From the IMG/VR virus record IMGVR_UViG_3300007083_000004, positions 128,001-192,000 of that record: 64,000 nt of DNA; one strand, given 5' to 3'. The translations under genes and the position numbers were made by a program. The DNA comes from a virus. Lineage: Duplodnaviria > Caudoviricetes. Under the pieces are notes generated by a model. It was given only the letters and a program-made list of their open reading frames with translations, ran no database searches and had not been told where the DNA came from. This document shows, in pieces, positions 1-8,832 of the stretch. Positions within the stretch are counted from its first letter, which is position 1, and every line of letters begins with the position of its first letter.

Positions 1-384
1 ATTCCTAGAGTTCAACTTACTCATCAACAATTGAATTTTAGGAAAACAAACGATAAAGGTGGATTTGTTGTTGATCAGGGTAAACATAAAAATACCAATA
101 TTTCTATTGGTACTGAAATCACCTACGATTTATCCAATAAAAAGAACCTGCAATTGACTGGTAATATCGATTATATCAAATCCTTTAGGAGTAATAATGA
201 CATTTATTTGGGTAGAAATTTTACTCCTGCTACTAGTGGTGATCATATACGCGCTGGCGTAGGTTTGACATCATTTGTAGGAAAAAATACCAATATATTC
301 TTAACTACCAATAGACATCAAAAAGTTGGTAATAAAGGAAACGGTGGTTTTTCTTACAATGTAGGTGTAAACATCAGGTTTTAG
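1..384 (+). CDS. C-terminal fragment of an autotransporter-type outer-membrane beta-barrel protein (5' end outside window)
   Basis: Frame open from base 1 (IPRVQLTHQQLNF..., resembling the autotransporter 'PQAQL' strand). Alternating amphipathic strands; ends ...FSYNVGVNIRF with a terminal Phe (BAM beta-signal pattern). Confidence 0.7.
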   Translation: MPRVQLTHQQLNFRKTNDKGGFVVDQGKHKNTNISIGTEITYDLSNKKNLQLTGNIDYIKSFRSNNDIYLGRNFTPATSGDHIRAGVGLTSFVGKNTNIFLTTNRHQKVGNKGNGGFSYNVGVNIRF

Positions 385-459
385 AAAATTATATAACAAC
401 TTTATTATATGAACAATCGTGTTTTATATACTATCCAATTTAATAAAACATTACTGATT

Positions 460-605
460 GTTCTTCGGGGCATAGGCGACACCATTATGATCGCCATCGA
501 ACGTTTGGGTCGATGCCTCGACCCATTGCCAAAGGTTTGGTCGCCCGCATAGCCAATTGAGAATTTACCATTTATTTGGACCTCTTAGTTGTCTATCGAA
601 GACCT
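460..605 (+). ncRNA. Candidate structured non-coding RNA
   Basis: GC-rich island in AT-rich DNA. End-to-end pairing CTTCG..ATAGGCGAC / GTTGTCTAT CGAAG, internal hairpin TGGGTCGA-tgcc-TCGACCCA, followed by a terminator. No family recognised. Confidence 0.4.
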
Positions 606-614
606 CTACTATAT

Positions 615-660
615 TCCTACTATAGATTCCTGAAAAGGAATCTATAGTAGGATCTTTTTT
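615..660 (+). terminator. Intrinsic terminator-like hairpin
   Basis: TCCTACTATAGATTCC-tgaaaa-GGAATCTATAGTAGGA followed by a T-run. Confidence 0.8.
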
Positions 661-711
661 ATTATGATAGTTTGAGATTTTTATTTATTTATTTATTTTT
701 AGGACTTTATA

Positions 712-1263
712 ATGAAATTACCGAATATTGGAAATCTTCCTAATATAGAATTACCTGCAAACATTACAGATTTAAATACTAATGTTTTCAATAATAATCA
801 ATTAAGTGAAAATGTTTGGACTATAGAAAAATGTAAATTAAGTAAAGATTTAATTATATTAAAAGATATTTATAATCACGTTAGCATGGAAGAATTGGAT
901 GGTTATATAAACTGGTATCCGAATAAATCTAAATTTTTTATAGAACAATTCGTTAGCGGTCATTTAAATACCTATTATAATTACGATAAATCTTGGATTC
1001 ATGTTTATTTAAATAATAATAATTTATTTGGAGAATATGTAGGAAAAACCCTAGGTGGTAATGATTACACTCAAGAAGAAATAGATAAATTTGTTTTAGG
1101 ATGTAAGGTATTTGAAGTTATTTTTTCTGGTATTAATAAAACATTAATTTCGATAAAAAACAAATATGAAGAGATTAATCTAAATACCATTAAATTAGCT
1201 TGGACTAGACAAAACAATTTAGCTGTTACTTATAGATTTAAACCAAAATTACAATCTCAATAA
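712..1263 (+). CDS. Hypothetical protein
   Basis: 183-aa ORF with AGGA Shine-Dalgarno; no motif recognised. Confidence 0.7.
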   Translation: MKLPNIGNLPNIELPANITDLNTNVFNNNQLSENVWTIEKCKLSKDLIILKDIYNHVSMEELDGYINWYPNKSKFFIEQFVSGHLNTYYNYDKSWIHVYLNNNNLFGEYVGKTLGGNDYTQEEIDKFVLGCKVFEVIFSGINKTLISIKNKYEEINLNTIKLAWTRQNNLAVTYRFKPKLQSQ

Positions 1264-1267
1264 TCGA

Positions 1268-1307
1268 ATTTATACCTAGTGACCGATTCCGGTCACTAGG
1301 TATAAAT
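1268..1307. terminator. Bidirectional terminator-like inverted repeat
   Basis: 18-bp perfect arms with a 4-nt loop between convergent genes. Confidence 0.8.
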
Positions 1308-1322
1308 AAGTATATTTTATAT

Positions 1323-1918
1323 CTAATTAGTATATATACTAAATACAAGTTCATCTAATGACGTATTGAGATTCAATCCTTCAAATAGATCGCCGTCATC
1401 AAATTGTAACGTATTCCAACTACTGTTAGTCGGAAGTTGTAAATACATATTAAATGGAAAAAGTTTTGGAATATTTGGAGATTTATATAAACCTCCGTTC
1501 GATTTTATTATAAGGTAATAATCGTTAACCCCAGATAAATCTAATCCGGCGAAATCGGTAGGTTCTAAATATACATTTATATATCCGTTATCAAAAATCC
1601 AAACACCATTAATCAACTTTTCTTCTTTATAAAAGGAAATAGTCGTGCCATATTGAGGCCAATTTACATAATTTACCTGAAAAATAAATTTGTCAGGAGT
1701 GTATGAACCTCCAGTGCTGTAAGAACCATGCATGTAAATAGATTCATTATAAAACGCATTAGGATCATATAGAGGATTATTAACTGATTTCTTCCATACT
1801 TTATTTAATTGTAATTCTCTATGATGTACTTCTTTTGTATCATGTATTATCCCCCCCCCACCTGAATGGGGGGGTTGACTGGTTTTAATAATCCATTGTG
1901 TTTGTGGTATATAGGCAT
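1323..1918 (-). CDS. Frameshifted gene (about 198 aa if restored) interrupted at a G9 tract; possible virion accessory/adhesin-like protein
   Basis: ATG at 1918 reads MPIYHKHNGLLKPVNPPIQVGGG-stop. The -1 frame is open through the tract (IIHDTKEVHHRELQLNKVWKK...) into the 1733..1323 ORF. Confidence 0.6.
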
Positions 1919-2006
1919 AGTGATAAATTATTACTAAAGATTATTTAAAAATGATCTTATCAATATATAATTATGATGAATTAACATCCTTTCAGGAGAT
2001 TTTAAA

Positions 2007-2756
2007 ATGTTTGCGTTTGTACTCACTGTTATTTTTCTCTTAGGCATCGGTTTTTATTACTCTATTAAGTATAGAGAAAATAAAGAAGCCGTAACTACGA
2101 TCTTGAATGTAACTTTAGGTGGTTTAGCTTTTTTCGGTTTAATCATTGGAGTGTCACATTTATACGATATGAATACTCGTATCGTTGAGGTAAAACACGA
2201 ATTGATTAATTATTCTGATGTAGCAGAATTACATCGTGCATTGACCAAAAATTTTGTTCGCAAACCTCAGGAGCATGTCATTCACGAACCCTTACCTGAA
2301 GCTCCTACGGATTTTTTTGAAGATCGAGTTTCTCGCATTAAAGATGTTATTATGATGGAGAAAAACTTAAATGTAAATGAAGATCAATTGGATGAAATCA
2401 TTCGAAACGTTCTTCATTATGCCGAACTCCATAATGTTCAGCCTACTAATGTTTTAGCTATTATTAGGTATGAATCGACATTCAATCCAAAAGCACGCGC
2501 CAAAACATCTTCGGCCGCTGGTCTAATGCAAGTCATTGCTCGATGGCACCCTGAAAAAGTCAAGGGTCGTGATTTGACTAAAATTGACGTAGCGATCGAT
2601 GCCGGTGTTCAGGTTTTAGCGGAGTGCAAAAAAAGATCGAATGGAGATGTACTCAATGCCCTTAAATGCTATCGTGGCAAGAATGATGATAAATACTTTA
2701 AAAACATCATGACCTATAAAAACAAATTGGATAAGCACTTATTGGCAATGTCGTAA
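2007..2756 (+). CDS. Membrane-anchored lytic transglycosylase (SLT family)
   Basis: Motifs IIRYESTFNPKA, SAAGLMQV, ALKCY; two N-terminal hydrophobic segments; AGGAG SD. Confidence 0.9.
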   Translation: MFAFVLTVIFLLGIGFYYSIKYRENKEAVTTILNVTLGGLAFFGLIIGVSHLYDMNTRIVEVKHELINYSDVAELHRALTKNFVRKPQEHVIHEPLPEAPTDFFEDRVSRIKDVIMMEKNLNVNEDQLDEIIRNVLHYAELHNVQPTNVLAIIRYESTFNPKARAKTSSAAGLMQVIARWHPEKVKGRDLTKIDVAIDAGVQVLAECKKRSNGDVLNALKCYRGKNDDKYFKNIMTYKNKLDKHLLAMS

Positions 2757-2759
2757 TTA

Positions 2760-2799
2760 TACTACATCATGGCTAGAATATTCTAGCCATGATGTAGTA
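2760..2799. terminator. 40-bp perfect palindrome, likely bidirectional terminator
   Basis: TACTACATCATGGCTAGAAT|ATTCTAGCCATGATGTAGTA between convergent units. Confidence 0.75.
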
Positions 2800-2804
2800 A
2801 CTTT

Positions 2805-3216
2805 TAAGTTGTTTGTAAATTAAAATCTTTATTTATTTTGTTCAACATAGCATTGAAACTACCCATCAAACTCATGGACACCTTAGCTAAAGGATCCATG
2901 ACGACTTTTAAAAGTACTTTTGGTTTTATCTCTTAATTTACCTAATAATTCTACCGATTTCGTTTTGGTAGAATTACTTGCATTTTTAAGAACTTCTATT
3001 TCTTTTTTACCACATCAATACAATCTTTTACAAATTCCTTATGTATGGTACCGCAGATTCGCTATTATTAATTTGATCATTAAATACATCTAAAGAGTTT
3101 AACGAATCTTTTAGTAATAATTCATCGACCGCTATTTCGTTATTTATATCGATGGTATTTTTTATGTCATAATCTTCATTGGTATACAAAATACCTTTAA
3201 TTGGAATAAAAGACAT
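2805..3216 (-). pseudogene. Truncated/decayed paralog of the head (inner-body-like) protein family
   Basis: The 62-aa ORF starts MSFIPIKGILYTNE, matching MSFIPVSGILYANE of 3228..4580. Downstream coding-like fragments continue in shifting frames. Confidence 0.6.
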
Positions 3217-3227
3217 AATTTCTTCAA

Positions 3228-4580
3228 TTATTTATTTAATTGATATAATGCTAAACTTCTTGAAGAATAGTTCATGACAGCATAACCAGATCTAACGCCA
3301 TAAACGGAAGCCGATCTGGCAGGTTCATCGATAATCCTACGCAAACGACCCAAAATAGCCCTGGTCAGCTCATCATTTTTGACATCGGCGCTGTCTTGAT
3401 TCTTTTGATTTTCCTTAGCGGTATCGAGAAATTTCTTTTTAGCTTCCTCGATTTCCTTACTAAGGGATTTGTATTTTAAGATGGTATCGGCCAAAGAAAT
3501 AGTTTCTTTAGCAAATTTAATTGCTACCTCTGGTTTAAGAACCGGTAACTTGGTACCTGATTTAATGTCAGCAGCAACCTTGATGCAACCAGCTTTACTA
3601 TTAGAGCAAAATTTAATAGATTCTTCTGCCGTGTTGGGTAGGCTAGATTTAGGATCGCCATTAATGACGTAATAAACGTCATTACCTACCGTGGGTTTAC
3701 TGACAGTTACTTTTAAATCATTATCGGCAGTAATTTGTTTTTTAATATTATCAGAAGCATCTTTTAGGAAATTGCTGGAGCTGATAGTATTGCCGGTTTT
3801 CTTTAAAGTTTCTTTAATTTTATCCAAGATGCTGGATTTTCCTTGGACTTTCTTGAATTCTTCAGAAGCATCAGCAGAAATCTTTACCATTTTCTTTTGA
3901 TATTCAAGAACATCCGAAATGATCTTGGTGGTATCAGCCAAATCAGAAGGTGTGGCTACTTTAGTACCAACACACACGGATTTCAATAAAGAGAAATCTT
4001 CAATTTCTTTTTCTTTAGGATCACCACCAACACGCTCTGCTTTCCTGATAACAGCTTTAGCACGTTTTTTCAATCTTTCAGCAGAATAAAAGATTTTGGT
4101 AAACAATTGCTTGAGCCATTCGATACTTTTTTGAATAGCACTAACAATAGCCGCCCAAATCTTTTTAGCAGTTTCACGAATACCTTCAACTGTAGCTTTA
4201 CCTAATTCTTTTCTATCTTTTTTATTACTAAAAGATTCGGTACTAGGTAAACCCAATTGTTTAAAGGTAACACCAATTTTAGCTGTTTGAAGTAGTGATT
4301 CAACTGCTGTTTCAACTAATTCGGCGGTGGTTTCATCAATACCTTCTTCAGATTCTTCATTGATTGTTTCTATTCTATCTGCAATGGTTTCAAGGCCATC
4401 AACGGCCGTTTCGGCCGTTTCGATTTTCTCCTCACCTTGAGATAGGGTATCAGATACTTCGACTAATTCGGTTTCATCCTGAATGTCTTCAGAAATCAAT
4501 TCTTGATCATCCTGAACATTTTCAGTAGAATCAAAATTTTCATTGGCATACAAAATGCCGCTAACTGGAATAAAAGACAT
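3228..4580 (-). CDS. Virion head/inner-body protein, phiKZ gp93/gp162-like paralog family
   Basis: Acidic propeptide, 'PSTES' S-x-E cleavage motif, 'EGIRETAKKIWAAIVSAIQKSIEWLK' helix; clear paralog of 55193..56479. Confidence 0.8.
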   Translation of the reverse strand: MSFIPVSGILYANENFDSTENVQDDQELISEDIQDETELVEVSDTLSQGEEKIETAETAVDGLETIADRIETINEESEEGIDETTAELVETAVESLLQTAKIGVTFKQLGLPSTESFSNKKDRKELGKATVEGIRETAKKIWAAIVSAIQKSIEWLKQLFTKIFYSAERLKKRAKAVIRKAERVGGDPKEKEIEDFSLLKSVCVGTKVATPSDLADTTKIISDVLEYQKKMVKISADASEEFKKVQGKSSILDKIKETLKKTGNTISSSNFLKDASDNIKKQITADNDLKVTVSKPTVGNDVYYVINGDPKSSLPNTAEESIKFCSNSKAGCIKVAADIKSGTKLPVLKPEVAIKFAKETISLADTILKYKSLSKEIEEAKKKFLDTAKENQKNQDSADVKNDELTRAILGRLRRIIDEPARSASVYGVRSGYAVMNYSSRSLALYQLNK

Positions 4581-4586
4581 GTTAAA
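4530..4586 (-). repeat. 57-bp exact inverted repeat, copy 1 (partner 55187..55243)
   Basis: TTTAACATGTCTTTTATTCCAGTTAGCGGCATTTTGTATGCCAATGAAAATTTTGAT on the minus strand. Confidence 0.9.
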
Positions 4587-4604
4587 TCCTTATTAAAGAA
4601 AAAG

Positions 4605-5417
4605 TTATTTGTAGCCACCAACTAAACTGGTAATAAATCTTCTTTTTTGATAATCATCATTCATGAATAGTATCTTTCTTACGTTTTCTTTTAAATATTC
4701 ATAATACATTTCATTAGCATCTTTATATTCATCGATTATATCTTTGATGGAACCTAATGATACACCGGCACTCATTTCTGCTTTATCCATAGAAATTACC
4801 CTATTATTGTATATATAAGCTTTGGTAGCCATTATACATAATTTAGCAAAAGCTATGTAACTTCTAGGAGTTATATTACTCATATATTCATCGTAAGATA
4901 AAATACATCTAGCAAATGATCTACTAGGCAAAATTCTGGCATCTCTTACTACTATAGTATTTTCACCTTCTAATGATACTTCTGTAGTGCTAAAATTAGG
5001 AATAGGACTCATGGCTTCCAATACAGCCTGACTGGTAGCCATTACGTGAGACCATCCTTTATAATTAGATCCAGCGGGGGCTGATACCATGTAGGGGTTT
5101 ATATACATGACTCCTAAAATAGAGACAATGGTTCTATTATCGGTAAATACTTTAGGGATTCTATAAACAGCCATCCACTCTTCCGTTGTTTGTCTATGAA
5201 CATCCAATAAAGGAACAATATAATCAGTTCCACCCACTAGATTACAATCTACGATAACTCTAGGAGCTATTACTTTCTTTATTATCTCCCTATCCAGATT
5301 CATTGGTTTATCGCGATAATAATAAGCTTTCTTTATAAATACCAAATCCAATATCTCTGGTGGAATATTGTATCTGATCTCCATTAGGGCTTTTTCAACT
5401 GGTCCACCTGGTAGCAT
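4605..5417 (-). CDS. Conserved putative virion structural protein (phiKZ gp32-like by position)
   Basis: 270-aa ORF divergent from phuZ; assignment by synteny only. Confidence 0.5.
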   Translation of the reverse strand: MLPGGPVEKALMEIRYNIPPEILDLVFIKKAYYYRDKPMNLDREIIKKVIAPRVIVDCNLVGGTDYIVPLLDVHRQTTEEWMAVYRIPKVFTDNRTIVSILGVMYINPYMVSAPAGSNYKGWSHVMATSQAVLEAMSPIPNFSTTEVSLEGENTIVVRDARILPSRSFARCILSYDEYMSNITPRSYIAFAKLCIMATKAYIYNNRVISMDKAEMSAGVSLGSIKDIIDEYKDANEMYYEYLKENVRKILFMNDDYQKRRFITSLVGGYK

Positions 5418-5449
5418 ATTGACAAAATCCTTTAAATTTAAATTGTAGA

Positions 5450-5465
5450 TATATTATTATAGTGA
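5450..5465 (+). promoter_or_regulatory. Early-promoter-like motif upstream of phuZ
   Basis: TATATTAT-tatagTG, a variant of the phiKZ early consensus TATATTAC. Confidence 0.55.
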
Positions 5466-5511
5466 ATCACTTTTCCAAATGATTCATTTCCTATAACGTT
5501 CGGAGTAATAA

Positions 5512-6510
5512 ATGGAAAATAACGCTTTAGTGCATAAAAACGAATCGATCAGAATCTATGCTTGCGGTGGAGCCGGTATTGGCGTAGGTAGGTATTTTGA
5601 ATCCGATAGAGCTAAAGTTCTACCCGGACACTCAGTTTTGCATCCAGCATATATTGATACATCCACAGCTTCTTTTTACGATCTTCCTGAAGAGCATTTT
5701 TATATCTTACCAGATGCAGCAGGGTCTGGTGGAGTTAGAAAATTCAATGGCCAAGACATTATTACTCATACCGGAGAGATTTTACAAAAGTTTCCTCCTT
5801 TGGAATATAATATCGTAATCTCATCTACTACCGGCGGGTCTGGTTCCGTTTTAGGACCTTCCATTTTATCCGAATTATTGGATAGAGATATTCCTGTAAT
5901 GGTATTTGCCATCGGTTCAGACGATACGATGCAATACATTACCAATACCATTAATACCATGTTGTCATTTGAGCATATTTCTAAAACCAGAAATAAGCCT
6001 GTTGTTATGACATATTTACAAAATGGTAAAAATGGCACGGTAGAACAAGTCGATGATGCAATTCGAATGGCTATTTCGTGCTTAACAGTTCTTTTTTCTG
6101 GTCAGAATAAAAATTTGGATTCTAGAGATATTTATAACTGGTTAAATTTCCACAATGTTACAACCTATACCCCTCAGGTCGGAGTATTAGATGTTCATCG
6201 TCATGAGGTTTCTTTAGTCGATGCCAATCTTATTAGTGTTCTAACCATCAATAAAGATTTGAATGACACCAAGCTTGATGTTCCTGTAGAATATCAACGA
6301 GTGGGCGTCCCCGTTAATATCGAACCTAAAGATGCTGAATCGATGAAATTCCCTTTACATTTTACCATTACAGATGGTTATGTAGATACAGTTATGAAAT
6401 CGCTTAAAAATCAATTGACCGATTATGAAACCAAATCGAAATCTAGAGTAATTAAAAATAAATTAGCCGATGGTAGTGAAAATGTTGCCGAGAATGGTTT
6501 AGTATTTTAA
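5512..6510 (+). CDS. phuZ: PhuZ phage tubulin
   Basis: ACGGAG, GSGG and TGGSGSVLGP tubulin signatures; acidic-hydrophobic C-terminal tail ENGLVF. Confidence 0.95.
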   Translation: MENNALVHKNESIRIYACGGAGIGVGRYFESDRAKVLPGHSVLHPAYIDTSTASFYDLPEEHFYILPDAAGSGGVRKFNGQDIITHTGEILQKFPPLEYNIVISSTTGGSGSVLGPSILSELLDRDIPVMVFAIGSDDTMQYITNTINTMLSFEHISKTRNKPVVMTYLQNGKNGTVEQVDDAIRMAISCLTVLFSGQNKNLDSRDIYNWLNFHNVTTYTPQVGVLDVHRHEVSLVDANLISVLTINKDLNDTKLDVPVEYQRVGVPVNIEPKDAESMKFPLHFTITDGYVDTVMKSLKNQLTDYETKSKSRVIKNKLADGSENVAENGLVF

Positions 6511-6515
6511 TTTAT

Positions 6516-6553
6516 TTGATACAGAGGACTGGATATCCAGTCCTCTGTATCAA
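6516..6553 (+). terminator. 38-bp perfect palindrome after phuZ
   Basis: TTGATACAGAGGACTGGAT|ATCCAGTCCTCTGTATCAA. Confidence 0.75.
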
Positions 6554-6685
6554 TATTTTTTGTTTATTTAAATAATCAAATTAAGATGAAAAACAAATGA
6601 GATATAACTTTTCATATGTCACAATAATATAATGGCTCGTGGAGGCGTTTATGGCCTCCTGGGGGCATTTTCTCATTATATTTAA

Positions 6686-7237
6686 ATGCGCATTGACATG
6701 GACATAGAAATCTTTAAACCAGTACAATGGATAGACCCATCTCCTGCTTATTTTAAGATAAGAAAGATGTCTATTGTAGACATAAGACCCTATGTATTCA
6801 GATTGGGTAAAATATTACTGGAGTATAAAGTAATAGAAGATTTAGATGAAGTAGAAAATTATTCTTTAGAATTCACTATAAAGATTATAAAAAATATAAT
6901 AGATTTATCTAAAGCATGGGTACACGGAGAAGATTCATATTGCGTAACAGTAAATATATTACTGGATAGCCTAACAGTAGAAATGAATTCAGATCAAAGA
7001 GAAAGATTTAAAAAAGATCTAGATGATCCAAAAAAAGACAAATTAAATAAAGATATGTTCGAATATTTGAAATCGATTATAAATGAAATAGATAATAAAT
7101 TAAATAAAAATAGATATGTATTTCATAAATTGAAAGAGCATCAAAATAAATTTGTAGTCATAATTGAACAATACGATGATTATAGGGTAATTCAATGGAC
7201 TAGAAATGAACTGGAAAAACTCGAACCTTCAACATGA
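6686..7237 (+). CDS. Hypothetical protein (phuZ-DNA pol intervening block)
   Basis: ORF, first of a run of coupled small genes. Confidence 0.7.
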   Translation: MRIDMDIEIFKPVQWIDPSPAYFKIRKMSIVDIRPYVFRLGKILLEYKVIEDLDEVENYSLEFTIKIIKNIIDLSKAWVHGEDSYCVTVNILLDSLTVEMNSDQRERFKKDLDDPKKDKLNKDMFEYLKSIINEIDNKLNKNRYVFHKLKEHQNKFVVIIEQYDDYRVIQWTRNELEKLEPST

Positions 7238-7619
7238 ACAAATCCAATCTGGTAAATTTATTATAGGTTTGAATCGAGCTAAAGAGTTTTATTTAAGAAA
7301 ATTGAGATTAAAACAAAAACCTATAGAAGATTCAAGAATGAAAGATGTTTTCGTGACCATGGTAGATAGAGTCATGGGTTATGAAATAGATGAAGATAAG
7401 CTCGATGAGGATTTGAACATAGATTGTTTAATAGGCATGGAGGCAAGAGAAGTAAAAGAAACTCTTTTGGACCTTATTACCGATGATATATTAAACGTCT
7501 TTCCAAAATTAGGAGCTTATGTACCCGACGATTATTATTGGGTAAAGATGGAAGGAATTTTATCGTTAATAATTACCGTACCTGAAGATTATGAGGAACA
7601 ACGTGGAATCTTTTTCTAA
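7206..7619 (+). CDS. Hypothetical protein
   Basis: ORF overlapping its neighbours. Confidence 0.7.
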   Translation: MNWKNSNLQHEQIQSGKFIIGLNRAKEFYLRKLRLKQKPIEDSRMKDVFVTMVDRVMGYEIDEDKLDEDLNIDCLIGMEAREVKETLLDLITDDILNVFPKLGAYVPDDYYWVKMEGILSLIITVPEDYEEQRGIFF

Positions 7620-8085
7620 TATGTTAGAATCACTAAAATGGTATATTGATAGACCATTATCCAATATTAAAGTAAATGATGGTAAAATTTACATATTGGA
7701 TTTAAAACGGTTGATTAATGATTATGATAAAGATTCATTTCTTTATTACTATCCCGATTCAATAAAAGGATATATTCAATCGTGTGTATTGGCTAGTCAA
7801 AGACAATTATCCGACGATGTAAGAGATGTAACCATATTTAAGGAATTAGATAATGCCTATCATCATTTTAAAGCGATGGAAGAAATTAATTTAGCAATCC
7901 AAGGCTTAGAACCATCGGTGGATAATGACAAATGGTATACGGATATGGAAAATGCTGTAGAAATTGATATACTAATTCAAAATACCATGAATAAAATCAG
8001 ATATAAATATGGAGATTTTGCTGTAGTAGAAAATAGTTTTGTATGGACTAAAGCAAATGCACTTTTAGTAAATTTGAGGTTTTAA
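7591..8085 (+). CDS. Hypothetical protein
   Basis: ORF overlapping its neighbours. Confidence 0.7.
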   Translation: MRNNVESFSNMLESLKWYIDRPLSNIKVNDGKIYILDLKRLINDYDKDSFLYYYPDSIKGYIQSCVLASQRQLSDDVRDVTIFKELDNAYHHFKAMEEINLAIQGLEPSVDNDKWYTDMENAVEIDILIQNTMNKIRYKYGDFAVVENSFVWTKANALLVNLRF

Positions 8086-8444
8086 TGATTCTTTTATTAG
8101 ATAAAAGAAGATATAAAATATTGTTATACGATTTCTTAGAAAATAGTTTTGATATAACAGATGAGTCTGAAGCCGAATCGTTATTGGATGTTTTATGTAA
8201 TTCTATAAAAGAATCTAATATCGATATAGACGTATTACACGATATTATCTATTCCGATTTATGGACTCAAGGTCATTTTAACCCATTTACCGATTTAGAA
8301 AAGAAAACCCTGATGGACTTTTTTAGTTATGTTTTATATGAAATAATTTTTCATATAAAAACATTACTATTAGATGAAAACATTTCTATTAAGCATCTAC
8401 CTAACCAATCTTTATTATCTTTATCATTTAGAGTAATAAGATAG
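8085..8444 (+). CDS. Hypothetical protein
   Basis: TAATG coupling to the previous gene. Confidence 0.7.
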   Translation: MILLLDKRRYKILLYDFLENSFDITDESEAESLLDVLCNSIKESNIDIDVLHDIIYSDLWTQGHFNPFTDLEKKTLMDFFSYVLYEIIFHIKTLLLDENISIKHLPNQSLLSLSFRVIR

Positions 8445-8464
8445 ATCATTATAATCAAACACCC

Positions 8465-8824
8465 ATGAAAGCACATATACTTGCTATGTCAAGAAGGCTT
8501 GCTTGGTTAAAGACATTTTTCTCAATCGATATATACGAACAAGATAAATATCTTATATTAACAAGGTTATTTGAATTATTCACTTTGTTAATAGATAACA
8601 AAATCGATAATAATTCGTTGGTATTGGCTGAGCTTATTGACTGGTGTTTCGAATTGAACGAAACTGGTCAAATTAAACCTGATTCATATATGGACCTGGC
8701 CATAGGTTTATATGAAATACTAATGTCTTTAGCTGAAGAACTAAAATATGTTTTAATTGAAAATGGAGAAACAAATGTCGTGTTTAAAGATTTCACCAGT
8801 ATAGACATAATTGTCTTAATTTGA
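8465..8824 (+). CDS. Hypothetical protein
   Basis: 119-aa ORF within the operon. Confidence 0.65.
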   Translation: MKAHILAMSRRLAWLKTFFSIDIYEQDKYLILTRLFELFTLLIDNKIDNNSLVLAELIDWCFELNETGQIKPDSYMDLAIGLYEILMSLAEELKYVLIENGETNVVFKDFTSIDIIVLI

Positions 8825-8832
8825 GATGAATC

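Noticed and set aside
440-610. Retron msr-msd or DGR template interpretation of the structured region
   Set aside because: No reverse transcriptase or matching variable repeat is visible in this window.
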